Assembly: GCF_003334255.1 (NCBI RefSeq)
Contig: NZ_QOWU01000020.1
Source: Escherichia coli
GTDB lineage: Bacteria; Pseudomonadota; Gammaproteobacteria; Enterobacterales; Enterobacteriaceae
Length of the DNA: 64,000 bases
Reading direction: 5' to 3' (one strand)
Every line of letters starts with the position of its first letter. The first letter of the stretch is position 1. The translations under genes were made by a program, and so were the position numbers. The notes below the pieces were generated by a model. That model was given only the letters and a program-made list of their open reading frames with translations, did no database searches and was not told the DNA's origin. Positions 28,121 through 40,149 of this stretch are shown one piece after another.

Positions 28121-30748
28121 TTATTCTTCTTCTGGCTCGTCGTCAACGTCCACTTCCGGAGCGATTTCATCGTCCCCTTCCGCGGCACTGCCGTCGATGG
28201 TATCCAGATCTTCCTCGTCAACCGGTTCAGCAACACGTTGCAGACCCACTACGTTTTCATCTTCCGCAGTACGGATGAGGATCACGCCCTGGGTGTTACG
28301 GCCCACGATGCTGATTTCCGAAACGCGAGTACGTACCAGCGTACCGGCATCGGTGATCATCATGATCTGGTCGCAGTCATCTACCTGTACCGCGCCAACA
28401 ACTAAACCGTTACGTTCGGTAACCTTGATGGAGATAACCCCTTTCGTCGCACGCGACTTGGTTGGGTATTCCGCCACTGCGGTACGTTTACCGTAACCGT
28501 TTTGCGTTGCGGTGAGGATTGCGCCATCGCCACGAGGCACGATCAGAGAGACGACTTTATCGCCTTCACCTAAGCGAATACCGCGAACACCGGTGGTGTT
28601 GCAGCCCATCGCACGGACAGAAGACTCTTTAAAGCGCACCACTTTACCTTCAGCGGAGAACAGCATTACTTCGTCTTCGCCGCTGGTCAGGTCAACGCCG
28701 ATCAGCTCATCGCCGTCAACCAGTTTGATCGCCACTTTACCGGCGGTACGCAGACGGTTGAACTCGGTGAGGACAGTTTTCTTCACGGTACCGTTAGCGG
28801 TCGCCATGAAGACTTTCACGCCTTCTTCAAACTCGGTCACTGGCAGGATCGCAGTGATACGTTCGTCCTGCTCCAGCGGCAGCAGGTTGACGATCGGACG
28901 ACCGCGCGCGCCACGAGTGGCTTCCGGCAACTGATAAACTTTCATCGAATAGACGCGACCACGGCTGGAGAAGCACAGAATATGGTCGTGAGTGTTCGCC
29001 ACCAGCAGTCGGTCGATAAAGTCTTCTTCTTTAATACGTGCGGCAGATTTACCTTTCCCGCCACGACGCTGCGCTTCGTATTCAGAAAGCGGCTGATACT
29101 TAACGTAGCCCTGGTGAGAGAGCGTCACGACCACATCTTCCTGGGTGATCAGATCTTCCAGGTTGATGTCTGCGCTGTTGGCGGTGATTTCAGTACGACG
29201 TTTGTCACCGAACTGTTCACGAACCAGCTCCAGCTCTTCACGGATCACTTCCATCAGACGATCGGCGCTACCAAGAATACGCAACAGTTCCGCGATCTGA
29301 TCCAGCAGCTCTTTGTATTCGTCGAGCAGTTTTTCGTGCTCAAGACCGGTCAGTTTCTGCAAACGCAGATCCAGAATCGCCTGAGCTTGCTGTTCGGTCA
29401 GGTAGTACAGACCATCACGCACGCCGAACTCTGGCTCCAGCCATTCCGGACGCGCAGCATCGTCGCCAGCACGTTCGAGCATCGCGGCAACGTTGCCCAG
29501 CTGCCACGGATTAGCAACCAGCGCAGTTTTCGCTTCTGCAGGCGTCGGCGCATGACGGATCAGTTCGATGATCGGGTCGATGTTCGCCAGCGCCACGGCT
29601 AATGCTTCAAGGATATGAGCACGATCGCGAGCTTTACGCAGTTCGAAAATAGTACGACGGGTCACCACTTCACGGCGGTGACGAACAAACGCCGCGATGA
29701 TGTCTTTCAGGTTCATGATCTTCGGCTGACCATGGTGCAATGCCACCATGTTGATACCGAAAGAAACCTGCAACTGGGTCTGGGAGTAGAGGTTGTTGAG
29801 CACAACTTCACCGACCGCATCGCGTTTCACTTCAATCACGATGCGCATACCGTCTTTGTCAGACTCGTCACGCAGCGCGCTGATGCCTTCCACGCGTTTT
29901 TCTTTTACCAGTTCCGCAATCTTCTCGATCAGGCGCGCTTTGTTTACCTGATACGGAATTTCGTGGACGATAATGGTTTCACGACCGGTTTTGGCGTCAA
30001 CTTCCACTTCTGCGCGAGCGCGGATATACACCTTGCCGCGACCGGTACGGTAAGCTTCTTCAATACCGCGACGACCGTTAATGATTGCCGCCGTCGGGAA
30101 GTCCGGCCCCGGGATGTGTTCCATCAGCCCTTCAATGCTGATGTCTTCATCATCAATATACGCCAGACAACCGTTGATGACTTCCGTCAGGTTGTGCGGC
30201 GGGATGTTGGTTGCCATACCTACGGCGATACCGGAAGAACCGTTCACCAGCAGGTTAGGAATTTTGGTTGGCATGACGTCCGGAATTTTTTCCGTGCCGT
30301 CATAGTTATCAACGAAATCGACCGTCTCTTTTTCGAGATCGGCCATCAGTTCATGGGCAATTTTCGCCAGACGGATTTCCGTATAACGCATTGCCGCCGC
30401 AGAGTCGCCGTCGATAGAACCGAAGTTACCCTGACCGTCTACCAGCATATAACGCAGCGAGAATGGCTGCGCCATGCGGACGATCGTGTCATAGACCGCC
30501 GAGTCACCATGGGGATGGTATTTACCGATTACGTCACCAACGACACGGGCAGATTTTTTATAGGCTTTGTTCCAGTCATTGCCTAGTACGTTCATGGCGT
30601 AAAGTACGCGACGGTGTACCGGCTTCAGGCCATCTCGGACATCTGGCAGCGCACGGCCAACAATGACCGACATCGCATAATCCAGATAGGAGCTCTTCAG
30701 CTCTTCCTCAATGTTGACCGGTGTAATTTCTCTCGCAAGGTCGCTCAT
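28121..30748 (-). CDS. gyrA: DNA gyrase subunit A, wild-type QRDR
   Basis: 875-aa ORF; [11 protein letters not shown] shows S83 and D87 unmutated; acidic C-terminal tail. Confidence 0.98.
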
Positions 30749-30894
30749 CTAACCGCTATCCCTCTACTGTATCCCGGATTCAAAGGTCGCAAATTATAAC
30801 ACAGCCGCGCAGTTTGAGGTAAACCTATACGCTTTATTCACATCCAATGCCTGATATACTCGTTTGTCTTGCCAATTACGGAGTAGAAGTGCCA

Positions 30895-31617
30895 ATGAAT
30901 GCCGAAAAATCGCCGGTAAACCATAACGTAGACCACGAAGAGATCGCTAAATTTGAAGCCGTCGCCTCCCGCTGGTGGGATCTGGAAGGTGAGTTCAAAC
31001 CGCTGCACCGCATTAACCCGCTGCGTCTGGGCTATATTGCCGAGCGTGCTGGCGGTTTATTTGGCAAAAAGGTGCTCGATGTCGGTTGTGGCGGCGGCAT
31101 TCTGGCCGAGAGTATGGCGCGCGAAGGCGCGACGGTGACCGGTCTGGATATGGGCTTTGAGCCATTGCAGGTGGCAAAACTGCACGCACTGGAAAGCGGC
31201 ATTCAGGTGGATTACGTGCAGGAAACCGTGGAAGAGCACGCGGCAAAACATGCCGGGCAGTATGATGTGGTGACCTGCATGGAGATGCTGGAGCACGTCC
31301 CCGATCCGCAGTCAGTGGTCAGAGCCTGTGCGCAACTGGTGAAACCAGGCGGCGATGTCTTTTTCTCGACACTTAACCGCAACGGCAAGTCATGGCTGAT
31401 GGCGGTGGTTGGTGCGGAATATATTTTGCGCATGGTGCCCAAAGGCACGCATGATGTGAAGAAGTTTATTAAACCGGCAGAATTGCTGGGCTGGGTGGAT
31501 CAGACCAGTTTAAAAGAGCGGCATATCACTGGGCTGCATTACAACCCGATCACTAATACTTTTAAACTCGGCCCCGGCGTGGATGTGAACTATATGCTGC
31601 ACACGCAGAATAAGTGA
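30895..31617 (+). CDS. ubiG: Ubiquinone biosynthesis O-methyltransferase
   Basis: 240-aa protein starting [11 protein letters not shown] with SAM-binding motif VLDVGCGGG; the ORF-track start is upstream. Confidence 0.95.
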
Positions 31618-31629
31618 GGTTGATGTTTG

Positions 31630-31725
<96 letters not shown>

Positions 31726-31744
31726 CGTGCCGACTAGACAGTGA

Positions 31745-34700
31745 TTACCATTTCACCGTCATCGACAAAAACCCTGCCGTCTGGGCAAAATCATCACTCC
31801 CTTTCTGCCACGCCACGCTGCCGCGCAGGGACACTCGCTGACTGATATTGCCCGTGACTCCCACTTTTATTTCACCCCGTTGCTTCACCGCATCGTCACT
31901 GATAGTGCTGCCATCCTCTTCAATTTCCGTCGAATGGGGATCGTGATAATAATTCAGATCTAATGTTGGTATGACATGAACAGCGGTACGCCATTCGCTG
32001 TGTAAACCCAGCCGCGTCTGAATATCATCACCCTGCGATTGTGACACGCGCGCACGGTTAGCGGCGGTAAAATCATCCTGCTGCACGCCCTGATAAATCA
32101 CCTGCGCCTGCGGTTCAATCACCACACCACGCCCCGGTAACCACTGATACCCCGCCTCCAGCGAGGCGATAATCCCCGACGAGTGGTAATGATCTGTGCC
32201 ATCTTCTTGTTCGGAAACATCATTGCTAAACCACGCGTATTGCAGCCAGCTATCCAGCCAGGCCCCTTGCTTCTGATTACCGTGCTGAAACCAGCTTGAT
32301 GTCAGCCCAACGGCATAACCGTGGTTCTGGTTATCGGCGCGAGTTCCGGTCATATTCGAGCGGCTGTCGCCCTGGTTATCGCTGTAGCCACCAACAATCC
32401 CAAGCATCCACTCGCCATCCGTGCCCCAGCGCCCGCTAAACAGATCGCCGCTAAGTTGCACCGTAGAAGTGTCTTCATGTTGAGCCAGTTGCCCCGCTGC
32501 TGTGTAATGATAATCTCCGCCGATAACACGTAAATTCAGCGTCTGACCATCGCCACCTGCGTGATCGCGTCGCTCCATCATAAACGCCTGATTTGCCGCC
32601 CGCAGGTTATTGAGATAACCGCCAACTTTGGCATTCAACACCGGCTGGTAAGCAGGCGTAGGTTCCGGGTCGGGTGTTGGATCAGGATCCGGCGTGGGAT
32701 CAGGATCGGGAGTCGGGTCTGGATCAGGTGGCGATGGCGGCGTTACTTCTTGCGATCGCAGATACCAGTCGTTGTTATCTTCCACCAGCGTGTAGTCATA
32801 CGCTCCCATATTGACGTAGCCGCTGCCTGCCAGACTGAACTGCGCATTGTTTTGAAACTGCGTGGGATCAGCTGCGAAATCAACCACTTTAATGCCTGTC
32901 GATGTCGGCTCACCAATCCCTGTAATGGAGTTAACCACCACAGTTGTGTTGCCAGCAGTATTACCGTTCATCACCAATTGATCGCTTACCGAGTCATCGC
33001 CGTTTAATTCGCTATCGAGCAGTAGCGTACCGCCGCCGGTATAATCACCGTTTACCGTCAGCGTATCGCCAGCGACGCCATTTTGCAGGCTAACCGCACC
33101 GGACGTATTGGTCAGATTGCCATTAACCGTCACGTTGGAAAGATAAGTCAGGCTGTCAGTTTCAAGGTTGGTATTAAGCTCACCTGTCAACGTCACACCA
33201 TCGGTGGCATTCACCAGCGTCCCATCGCCGTTAAATAGTGAGGCATTAAGGGCGACGGAAGTATCCTGCCCGGTCAGGCGCAAAACCGTACCATCGCTGA
33301 TGTCGATAGTGCCGCTGGAAATAGCATCAATTGACTGAATATCCTGATCCGCGCCAGTAACGAACGTTGCCCCATCACCAACCCACAGTGACGAAGCATA
33401 AGGAAGGATATCAGCAACATCACCTTTCAGGGTGCCTTCTTCGACACGTACCGCCGACTGCGTTGTACCGCTGGCGGTCAGCTCCAGTGTACCAGCCCCC
33501 GTTTTAGTCAATGTGATACCCTCATCCTGATGCTGCCCGCTGCTGTCAGCCATCAGTGCGCCCCACTGCGTGTCTACCCCCGCATCAACTGCCACTTCAC
33601 CGTCGGCGCGCATTTCAATATCACGTCCGTGGCCTGCCGCATCTGAACGCGTGTCAACGTCGGAGGTAATCTCCATCACGCTTTCTTGTTGCTTATCGGT
33701 AAAGATAACCTGGCGGTTATAGTGGGTATCTCCAAGCTGCGAGTTGTCGCTCACCATCAGCGTACCGGAGGCGATTTGTGTTGTGCCCAAATAACTATTA
33801 TTGTTTGCCAGACTTACCTGCCCGTCGCTCGCATCGACCACCACGTAGACGCCATCTTTCCCGTCGCCGCCGATATGCAAATTGTCGCCACCTGCAAGAT
33901 CTACCACATCCTGACTGCCGATAACCGTTCCGCTGCTGCCACTGACTTCAAGGCCATCGTTGTATGATGTGCCGCTCTGCCAGGTGGAGAAATCAGAGAG
34001 ATCGAGCACACCGCCGTTTAACACGATCGACTGCGGATCGTCCTGGAGAGCGGTAAGATCTGCCGCGTCGCCTTCCAGCGAAAGCACCGCACCATCATCA
34101 ACGACTATATCGCCGGTTAGCGCCATCGACTGCGCCCCTGCCAGCACGTAGCTGCCGTTTTGCGCAATGGTGAGCTGACCAGCACCTTCGATGATGCCAG
34201 CAAAACTGCCCTGATTAACAGTAACGTTGCCACCAGCATCGATATTTAAAGTGCCATTCTGAAAGCCCGTCAATGCGTGCACAAAAGTTTGTTGGGTCGA
34301 GCCAACGTTTAGCTCAGCCTGATTCTGATACTGATCAATACTCCCTATCGTCAGACCGTAGCAGTCTTGCGGATCGTCCTGGCAATGCGTATCGCCGACA
34401 TTCATCAGGGAGTTGCTGCGGCCCAGGGTAACTTCACCGTTTTCAATCTGCATCTCACCAGTAAAGTCATTGTTATCTGCATTAAGTACCAGATCGCCGG
34501 AACCTGTTTTGGTGATTAACCCGGTACCAGCAATAGAGTCAACAGCTCCGTCATTCTCTGTATTGCCAATAACCAGCGTTTTTCCGTCGGCAATATCAAA
34601 GGTAACTTCACTTAAGCCGAGATACATAAAGCCACCCGCCGCAGAGGAAGGACCATCTCCATAGCCTGCTGCGCTATTGTTCTCATCGACTAACACGCCT

Positions 34701-35497
34701 CCGTTCTGGCTGTAGCTGTCATCAACAGAAATATCAATAAGATAGGGAGCCGTCACGCTATTGGTATATATCGCCCCGCCATAACCTTCGGCAGTGTTAT
34801 TTGTAAAGGCAGTGTTATTTACTATCGTATAACCTGAAGGATGCTTGCTGTCGCTATTATTATCGGTAACATCGATTGCCCCGCCATCGCCATCACTGTA
34901 ACTTGTTGATGTATATGCCTGGTTGTTATCAAAAATAACATCACTTAAATAAACGTCATTATTAATGGTATAAATTGCGCCACCTTTGCCATCATTAGCG
35001 ATGTTATTGCGAAACATGGCGTTAGTGACACGTAAATCGACGGCACCAGTATCGTTAGTACCAGAAGAATAGATTGCGCCACCATAGCCGCCTGCGACGT
35101 TACCGGAAAAAATAACATCAGTAAGATTCAGCGTTGAGTTTTCTTTAGCAAATATGGCCCCGCCGTTATTATATTCTCCTGTAACGGTGTTATTGGCAAA
35201 CAGAGTCATTCCAGTTTCATTTTCTGGTAATAGTGAAAATTCCGCTCCTTGTTGCAAAAATACGGCCCCACCGCTGGCGTTATTGGTCATATCCGAAAAA
35301 ACCAGCCATTGCCCATCAGCGATACTCCAGTCCTGCGTAATGCCTGAAAGGCTTTGCCTGCTGGCCTGACAACTCGCTTTGACATCATATCCCTGGCATG
35401 AATCAGTGACCGCCGCGACACCGTTAGCAGAGAAAAGAGATGCAATCATTGACGGGAGTAAAGATAAATACTCCTTGCGTAGAAAGATAATCCGCAT
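31745..35497 (-). CDS. yfaL: Autotransporter adhesin YfaL
   Basis: 1250-aa ORF: signal peptide, long passenger domain, Pro/Asp/Thr-rich linker, C-terminal beta-barrel ending in W. Confidence 0.93.
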   Translation of the reverse strand: MRIIFLRKEYLSLLPSMIASLFSANGVAAVTDSCQGYDVKASCQASRQSLSGITQDWSIADGQWLVFSDMTNNASGGAVFLQQGAEFSLLPENETGMTLFANNTVTGEYNNGGAIFAKENSTLNLTDVIFSGNVAGGYGGAIYSSGTNDTGAVDLRVTNAMFRNNIANDGKGGAIYTINNDVYLSDVIFDNNQAYTSTSYSDGDGGAIDVTDNNSDSKHPSGYTIVNNTAFTNNTAEGYGGAIYTNSVTAPYLIDISVDDSYSQNGGVLVDENNSAAGYGDGPSSAAGGFMYLGLSEVTFDIADGKTLVIGNTENDGAVDSIAGTGLITKTGSGDLVLNADNNDFTGEMQIENGEVTLGRSNSLMNVGDTHCQDDPQDCYGLTIGSIDQYQNQAELNVGSTQQTFVHALTGFQNGTLNIDAGGNVTVNQGSFAGIIEGAGQLTIAQNGSYVLAGAQSMALTGDIVVDDGAVLSLEGDAADLTALQDDPQSIVLNGGVLDLSDFSTWQSGTSYNDGLEVSGSSGTVIGSQDVVDLAGGDNLHIGGDGKDGVYVVVDASDGQVSLANNNSYLGTTQIASGTLMVSDNSQLGDTHYNRQVIFTDKQQESVMEITSDVDTRSDAAGHGRDIEMRADGEVAVDAGVDTQWGALMADSSGQHQDEGITLTKTGAGTLELTASGTTQSAVRVEEGTLKGDVADILPYASSLWVGDGATFVTGADQDIQSIDAISSGTIDISDGTVLRLTGQDTSVALNASLFNGDGTLVNATDGVTLTGELNTNLETDSLTYLSNVTVNGNLTNTSGAVSLQNGVAGDTLTVNGDYTGGGTLLLDSELNGDDSVSDQLVMNGNTAGNTTVVVNSITGIGEPTSTGIKVVDFAADPTQFQNNAQFSLAGSGYVNMGAYDYTLVEDNNDWYLRSQEVTPPSPPDPDPTPDPDPTPDPDPTPDPEPTPAYQPVLNAKVGGYLNNLRAANQAFMMERRDHAGGDGQTLNLRVIGGDYHYTAAGQLAQHEDTSTVQLSGDLFSGRWGTDGEWMLGIVGGYSDNQGDSRSNMTGTRADNQNHGYAVGLTSSWFQHGNQKQGAWLDSWLQYAWFSNDVSEQEDGTDHYHSSGIIASLEAGYQWLPGRGVVIEPQAQVIYQGVQQDDFTAANRARVSQSQGDDIQTRLGLHSEWRTAVHVIPTLDLNYYHDPHSTEIEEDGSTISDDAVKQRGEIKVGVTGNISQRVSLRGSVAWQKGSDDFAQTAGFLSMTVKW
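32665..32745. repeat. Imperfect 18-bp tandem repeats inside yfaL encoding the (P-D/T)n linker
   Basis: Three to four units of roughly CGGnGTnGGATCAGGATC; minus-strand translation PPSPPDPDPTPDPDPTPDPDPTPDPEPTP. Confidence 0.7.
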
Positions 35498-36030
35498 ATT
35501 AATCTAACCATCATTTTCTATAAGACGGCGTATTTAATCGCATTATACGATATGGAATATCTTTCTTTTGTAAATTGTTCAACCCGGTGCAATGGCTATT
35601 TTGTTATTATTTGATGAATAATATCAGTGCGTCATAATTCAAGTTAATAACCTTCAGGGATATCAGTTATATTTAAACTAAATTAAAGTCATGAATAATT
35701 TTCTTATAATATAAGGTAAATTAACAAAATGGCTTAGCATTTAACAATAACCGAATAGAAAACAACCATTTCGCCATCAACAATCTCTTACATTCGCTTA
35801 TATATTGACCACAACTGATACATCAGATTATGTGATGACTCGTGCTTAGATCAATTTTTGCAATCATTAGCAAAAAGATTAATAAACCATCTATATCAAT
35901 TTATCTAACCTATTATGCCGTTCAAGAAATCGCCGAACAGTTATTTTTAACAAATTTTTCTCTTCCCATTGACTTTCCCGGACACCTTGTCTGACCTAAG
36001 GTGCGCGAAAGCCACTTTTTCCTTCCTGAG

Positions 36031-36114
36031 TTATCCACAAAGTTATGCACTTGCAAGAGGGTCATTTTCACACTATCTTGCAGTGAATCCCAAACATACC
36101 CCCTATATATAGTG
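36031..36114 (+). promoter_or_regulatory. nrdAB promoter region: two DnaA boxes and two NrdR boxes
   Basis: TTATCCACA (36031-36039) and TTATGCACT (36043-36051); palindromic NrdR-box-like CACACTATCTTGCAGTG (36069-36085) and CCCCTATATATAGTG (about 36100-36114). Confidence 0.75.
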
Positions 36115-36192
36115 TTCTAAGCAGCTTCCCGTACTACAGGTAGTCTGCATGAAACTATTGCGGAAAGAATTCCAAAAACAGGTACGACATAC

Positions 36193-38478
36193 ATGAATCA
36201 GAATCTGCTGGTGACAAAGCGCGACGGTAGCACAGAGCGCATCAATCTCGACAAAATCCATCGCGTTCTGGATTGGGCGGCAGAAGGACTGCATAACGTT
36301 TCGATTTCCCAGGTCGAGCTGCGCTCCCACATTCAGTTTTATGACGGTATCAAGACCTCTGACATCCACGAAACCATTATCAAGGCTGCCGCAGACCTGA
36401 TCTCCCGTGATGCGCCGGATTATCAGTATCTCGCCGCGCGCCTAGCGATCTTCCACCTGCGTAAAAAAGCCTACGGCCAGTTTGAGCCGCCTGCGCTGTA
36501 CGACCACGTGGTGAAAATGGTCGAGATGGGCAAATACGATAATCATCTGCTGGAAGACTACACGGAAGAAGAGTTCAAGCAGATGGACACCTTTATCGAT
36601 CACGACCGTGATATGACCTTCTCTTATGCTGCCGTTAAGCAGCTGGAAGGCAAATATCTGGTACAGAACCGCGTGACCGGCGAAATCTATGAGAGCGCCC
36701 AGTTCCTTTATATTCTAGTTGCCGCGTGCTTGTTCTCGAACTACCCGCGTGAAACGCGCCTGCAATATGTGAAGCGTTTTTACGACGCGGTTTCCACATT
36801 TAAAATTTCGCTGCCGACGCCAATCATGTCCGGCGTGCGTACCCCGACTCGTCAGTTCAGCTCCTGCGTACTGATCGAGTGCGGTGACAGCCTGGATTCC
36901 ATCAACGCCACCTCCAGCGCGATTGTTAAATACGTTTCCCAGCGTGCCGGGATCGGCATCAACGCCGGGCGTATTCGTGCGCTGGGTAGCCCGATTCGCG
37001 GTGGTGAAGCGTTCCATACCGGCTGCATTCCGTTCTACAAACATTTCCAGACAGCGGTGAAATCCTGCTCTCAGGGCGGTGTGCGCGGCGGTGCGGCAAC
37101 GCTGTTCTACCCGATGTGGCATCTGGAAGTGGAAAGCCTGCTGGTGTTGAAAAACAACCGTGGTGTGGAAGGCAACCGCGTGCGTCATATGGACTACGGG
37201 GTACAAATCAACAAACTGATGTATACCCGTCTGCTGAAAGGTGAAGATATCACCCTGTTCAGCCCGTCCGACGTACCGGGGCTGTACGACGCGTTCTTCG
37301 CCGATCAGGAAGAGTTTGAACGTCTGTATACCAAATATGAGAAAGACGACAGCATCCGCAAGCAGCGTGTGAAAGCCGTTGAGCTGTTCTCGCTGATGAT
37401 GCAGGAACGTGCGTCTACCGGTCGTATCTATATTCAGAACGTTGACCACTGCAATACCCATAGCCCGTTTGATCCGGCCATCGCGCCAGTGCGTCAGTCT
37501 AACCTGTGCCTGGAGATAGCCCTGCCGACCAAACCTCTGAACGACGTCAACGACGAGAACGGTGAAATCGCGCTGTGTACGCTGTCTGCTTTCAACCTGG
37601 GCGCAATTAATAACCTGGATGAACTGGAAGAGCTGGCAATTCTGGCGGTTCGTGCACTTGACGCGCTGCTGGATTATCAGGATTACCCGATCCCGGCCGC
37701 CAAACGTGGAGCGATGGGTCGTCGTACGCTGGGTATTGGTGTGATCAACTTCGCTTACTACCTGGCGAAGCACGGTAAACGCTACTCCGACGGCAGCGCC
37801 AACAACCTGACGCATAAAACCTTCGAAGCCATTCAGTATTACCTGCTGAAAGCCTCTAATGAGCTGGCGAAAGAGCAAGGCGCGTGCCCGTGGTTTAACG
37901 AAACCACTTACGCGAAAGGGATCCTGCCGATCGATACCTATAAGAAAGATCTGGATACCATCGCTAATGAGCCGCTGCATTACGACTGGGAAGCTCTGCG
38001 TGAGTCAATCAAAACGCACGGTCTGCGTAACTCCACGCTTTCTGCTCTGATGCCGTCCGAGACTTCTTCGCAGATCTCTAACGCCACTAACGGTATTGAA
38101 CCGCCGCGCGGTTACGTCAGCATCAAAGCGTCGAAAGACGGTATTTTGCGCCAGGTGGTGCCGGACTACGAGCACCTGCACGACGCCTATGAGCTGCTGT
38201 GGGAAATGCCGGGTAACGATGGTTATCTGCAACTGGTGGGTATCATGCAGAAATTTATCGATCAGTCGATCTCTGCCAACACCAACTACGATCCGTCACG
38301 CTTCCCGTCAGGAAAAGTGCCGATGCAGCAGTTGCTGAAAGACCTGCTCACCGCCTACAAATTCGGGGTCAAAACACTGTATTATCAGAACACCCGTGAC
38401 GGCGCTGAAGACGCACAAGACGATCTGGTGCCGTCAATCCAGGACGATGGCTGCGAAAGCGGCGCATGTAAGATCTGA
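36193..38478 (+). CDS. nrdA: Ribonucleoside-diphosphate reductase 1 alpha subunit
   Basis: 761-aa ORF with N-terminal ATP-cone and C-terminal CESGACKI tail. Confidence 0.98.
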
Positions 38479-38484
38479 TATTGA

Positions 38485-38690
<206 letters not shown>

Positions 38691-38711
38691 AACTCCCAAC
38701 AGGACACACTC

Positions 38712-39842
38712 ATGGCATATACCACCTTTTCACAGACGAAAAATGATCAGCTCAAAGAACCGATGTTCTTTGGTCAGCCGGTCAACGTGGCTCGCTACGA
38801 TCAGCAAAAATATGACATCTTCGAAAAGCTGATCGAAAAGCAGCTCTCTTTCTTCTGGCGTCCGGAAGAAGTTGACGTCTCCCGCGACCGTATAGATTAC
38901 CAGGCGCTGCCGGAGCACGAAAAACACATCTTTATCAGCAACCTGAAATATCAGACGCTGCTGGATTCCATTCAGGGTCGTAGCCCGAACGTGGCGCTAT
39001 TGCCGCTTATTTCTATTCCGGAACTGGAAACCTGGGTCGAAACCTGGGCGTTCTCAGAAACGATTCATTCCCGTTCCTATACTCATATCATTCGTAATAT
39101 CGTTAACGATCCGTCTGTTGTGTTTGACGATATCGTCACCAACGAGCAGATCCAGAAACGTGCGGAAGGGATCTCCAGCTATTACGATGAGCTGATCGAA
39201 ATGACCAGCTACTGGCATCTGCTGGGCGAAGGTACCCACACCGTTAACGGTAAAACTGTGACCGTTAGCCTGCGCGAGCTGAAGAAAAAACTGTATCTCT
39301 GCCTGATGAGCGTTAACGCGCTGGAAGCGATTCGTTTCTACGTCAGCTTTGCTTGTTCCTTCGCATTTGCAGAACGCGAATTGATGGAAGGCAACGCCAA
39401 AATTATTCGCCTGATTGCCCGCGACGAAGCCCTGCACCTGACCGGCACCCAGCATATGCTGAATCTGCTGCGCAGCGGCGCGGACGATCCTGAGATGGCG
39501 GAAATTGCCGAAGAGTGTAAGCAGGAGTGCTATGACCTGTTTGTTCAGGCAGCTCAACAGGAGAAAGACTGGGCGGATTATCTGTTCCGCGACGGTTCGA
39601 TGATTGGTCTGAATAAAGACATTCTCTGCCAGTACGTTGAATACATCACCAATATCCGTATGCAGGCAGTCGGTTTGGATCTGCCGTTCCAGACGCGCTC
39701 CAACCCGATCCCGTGGATCAACACTTGGCTGGTGTCTGATAACGTGCAGGTTGCTCCGCAGGAAGTGGAAGTCAGTTCTTATCTGGTCGGGCAGATTGAC
39801 TCGGAAGTGGACACCGACGATTTGAGTAACTTCCAGCTCTGA
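38712..39842 (+). CDS. nrdB: Ribonucleoside-diphosphate reductase 1 beta subunit
   Basis: 376-aa protein starting [17 protein letters not shown]; the ORF-track start at 38481 is a REP-derived upstream extension. Confidence 0.97.
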
Positions 39843-40096
39843 TGGCCCGCGTTACCCTGCGCATCACTGGCACACAACTGCTGTGCCAGGATGAACACCC
39901 TTCCCTTCTGGCGGCGCTGGAATCCCACAATGTGGCGGTTGAGTACCAGTGTCGCGAAGGTTACTGCGGCTCCTGTCGCACACGCCTGGTTGCAGGTCAA
40001 GTTGACTGGATTGCCGAACCGTTAGCCTTTATTCAGCCGGGGGAAATTTTGCCCTGTTGTTGCCGGGCAAAAGGCGATATTGAAATCGAGATGTGA
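39842..40096 (+). CDS. yfaE: 2Fe-2S ferredoxin YfaE (RNR diferric-tyrosyl radical maintenance)
   Basis: 84-aa ORF with Cys cluster (CREGYCGSC...CC); start overlaps the nrdB stop. Confidence 0.92.
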   Translation: MARVTLRITGTQLLCQDEHPSLLAALESHNVAVEYQCREGYCGSCRTRLVAGQVDWIAEPLAFIQPGEILPCCCRAKGDIEIEM

Positions 40097-40099
40097 ATT

Positions 40100-40149
40100 G
40101 GTTGTAGTGCCAGATACAACGCTTATGCGTCTTATCTGGCCTACAACGA
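40100..40149. repeat. Single REP-like palindromic unit
   Basis: GCCAGATACAACGCTTATGCGTCTTATCTGGCCTACAACG between convergent yfaE and inaA. Confidence 0.6.

Noticed and set aside
29615-30586. 323-aa + strand ORF, and neighbouring ORFs at 28982-29602 and 28512-28934
   Set aside because: They lie entirely antisense within gyrA, are rich in Arg/Val/Thr/His and have no start context; typical shadow ORFs of a highly expressed gene.
28121-30748. Quinolone-resistance mutation in gyrA
   Set aside because: Checked the QRDR: S83 and D87 (GDSAVYDT) are wild type, so no resistance allele.
35498-36192. Possible horizontally acquired island or prophage remnant, given the AT-rich 695-bp spacer next to the autotransporter yfaL
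   Set aside because: No integrase, tRNA, direct repeats or phage genes; the region holds the known nrdAB regulatory sites, so it is treated as a regulatory spacer.
36715-37980. 421-aa minus-strand ORF
   Set aside because: Antisense shadow ORF inside nrdA; no ribosome-binding site and no recognisable domain.
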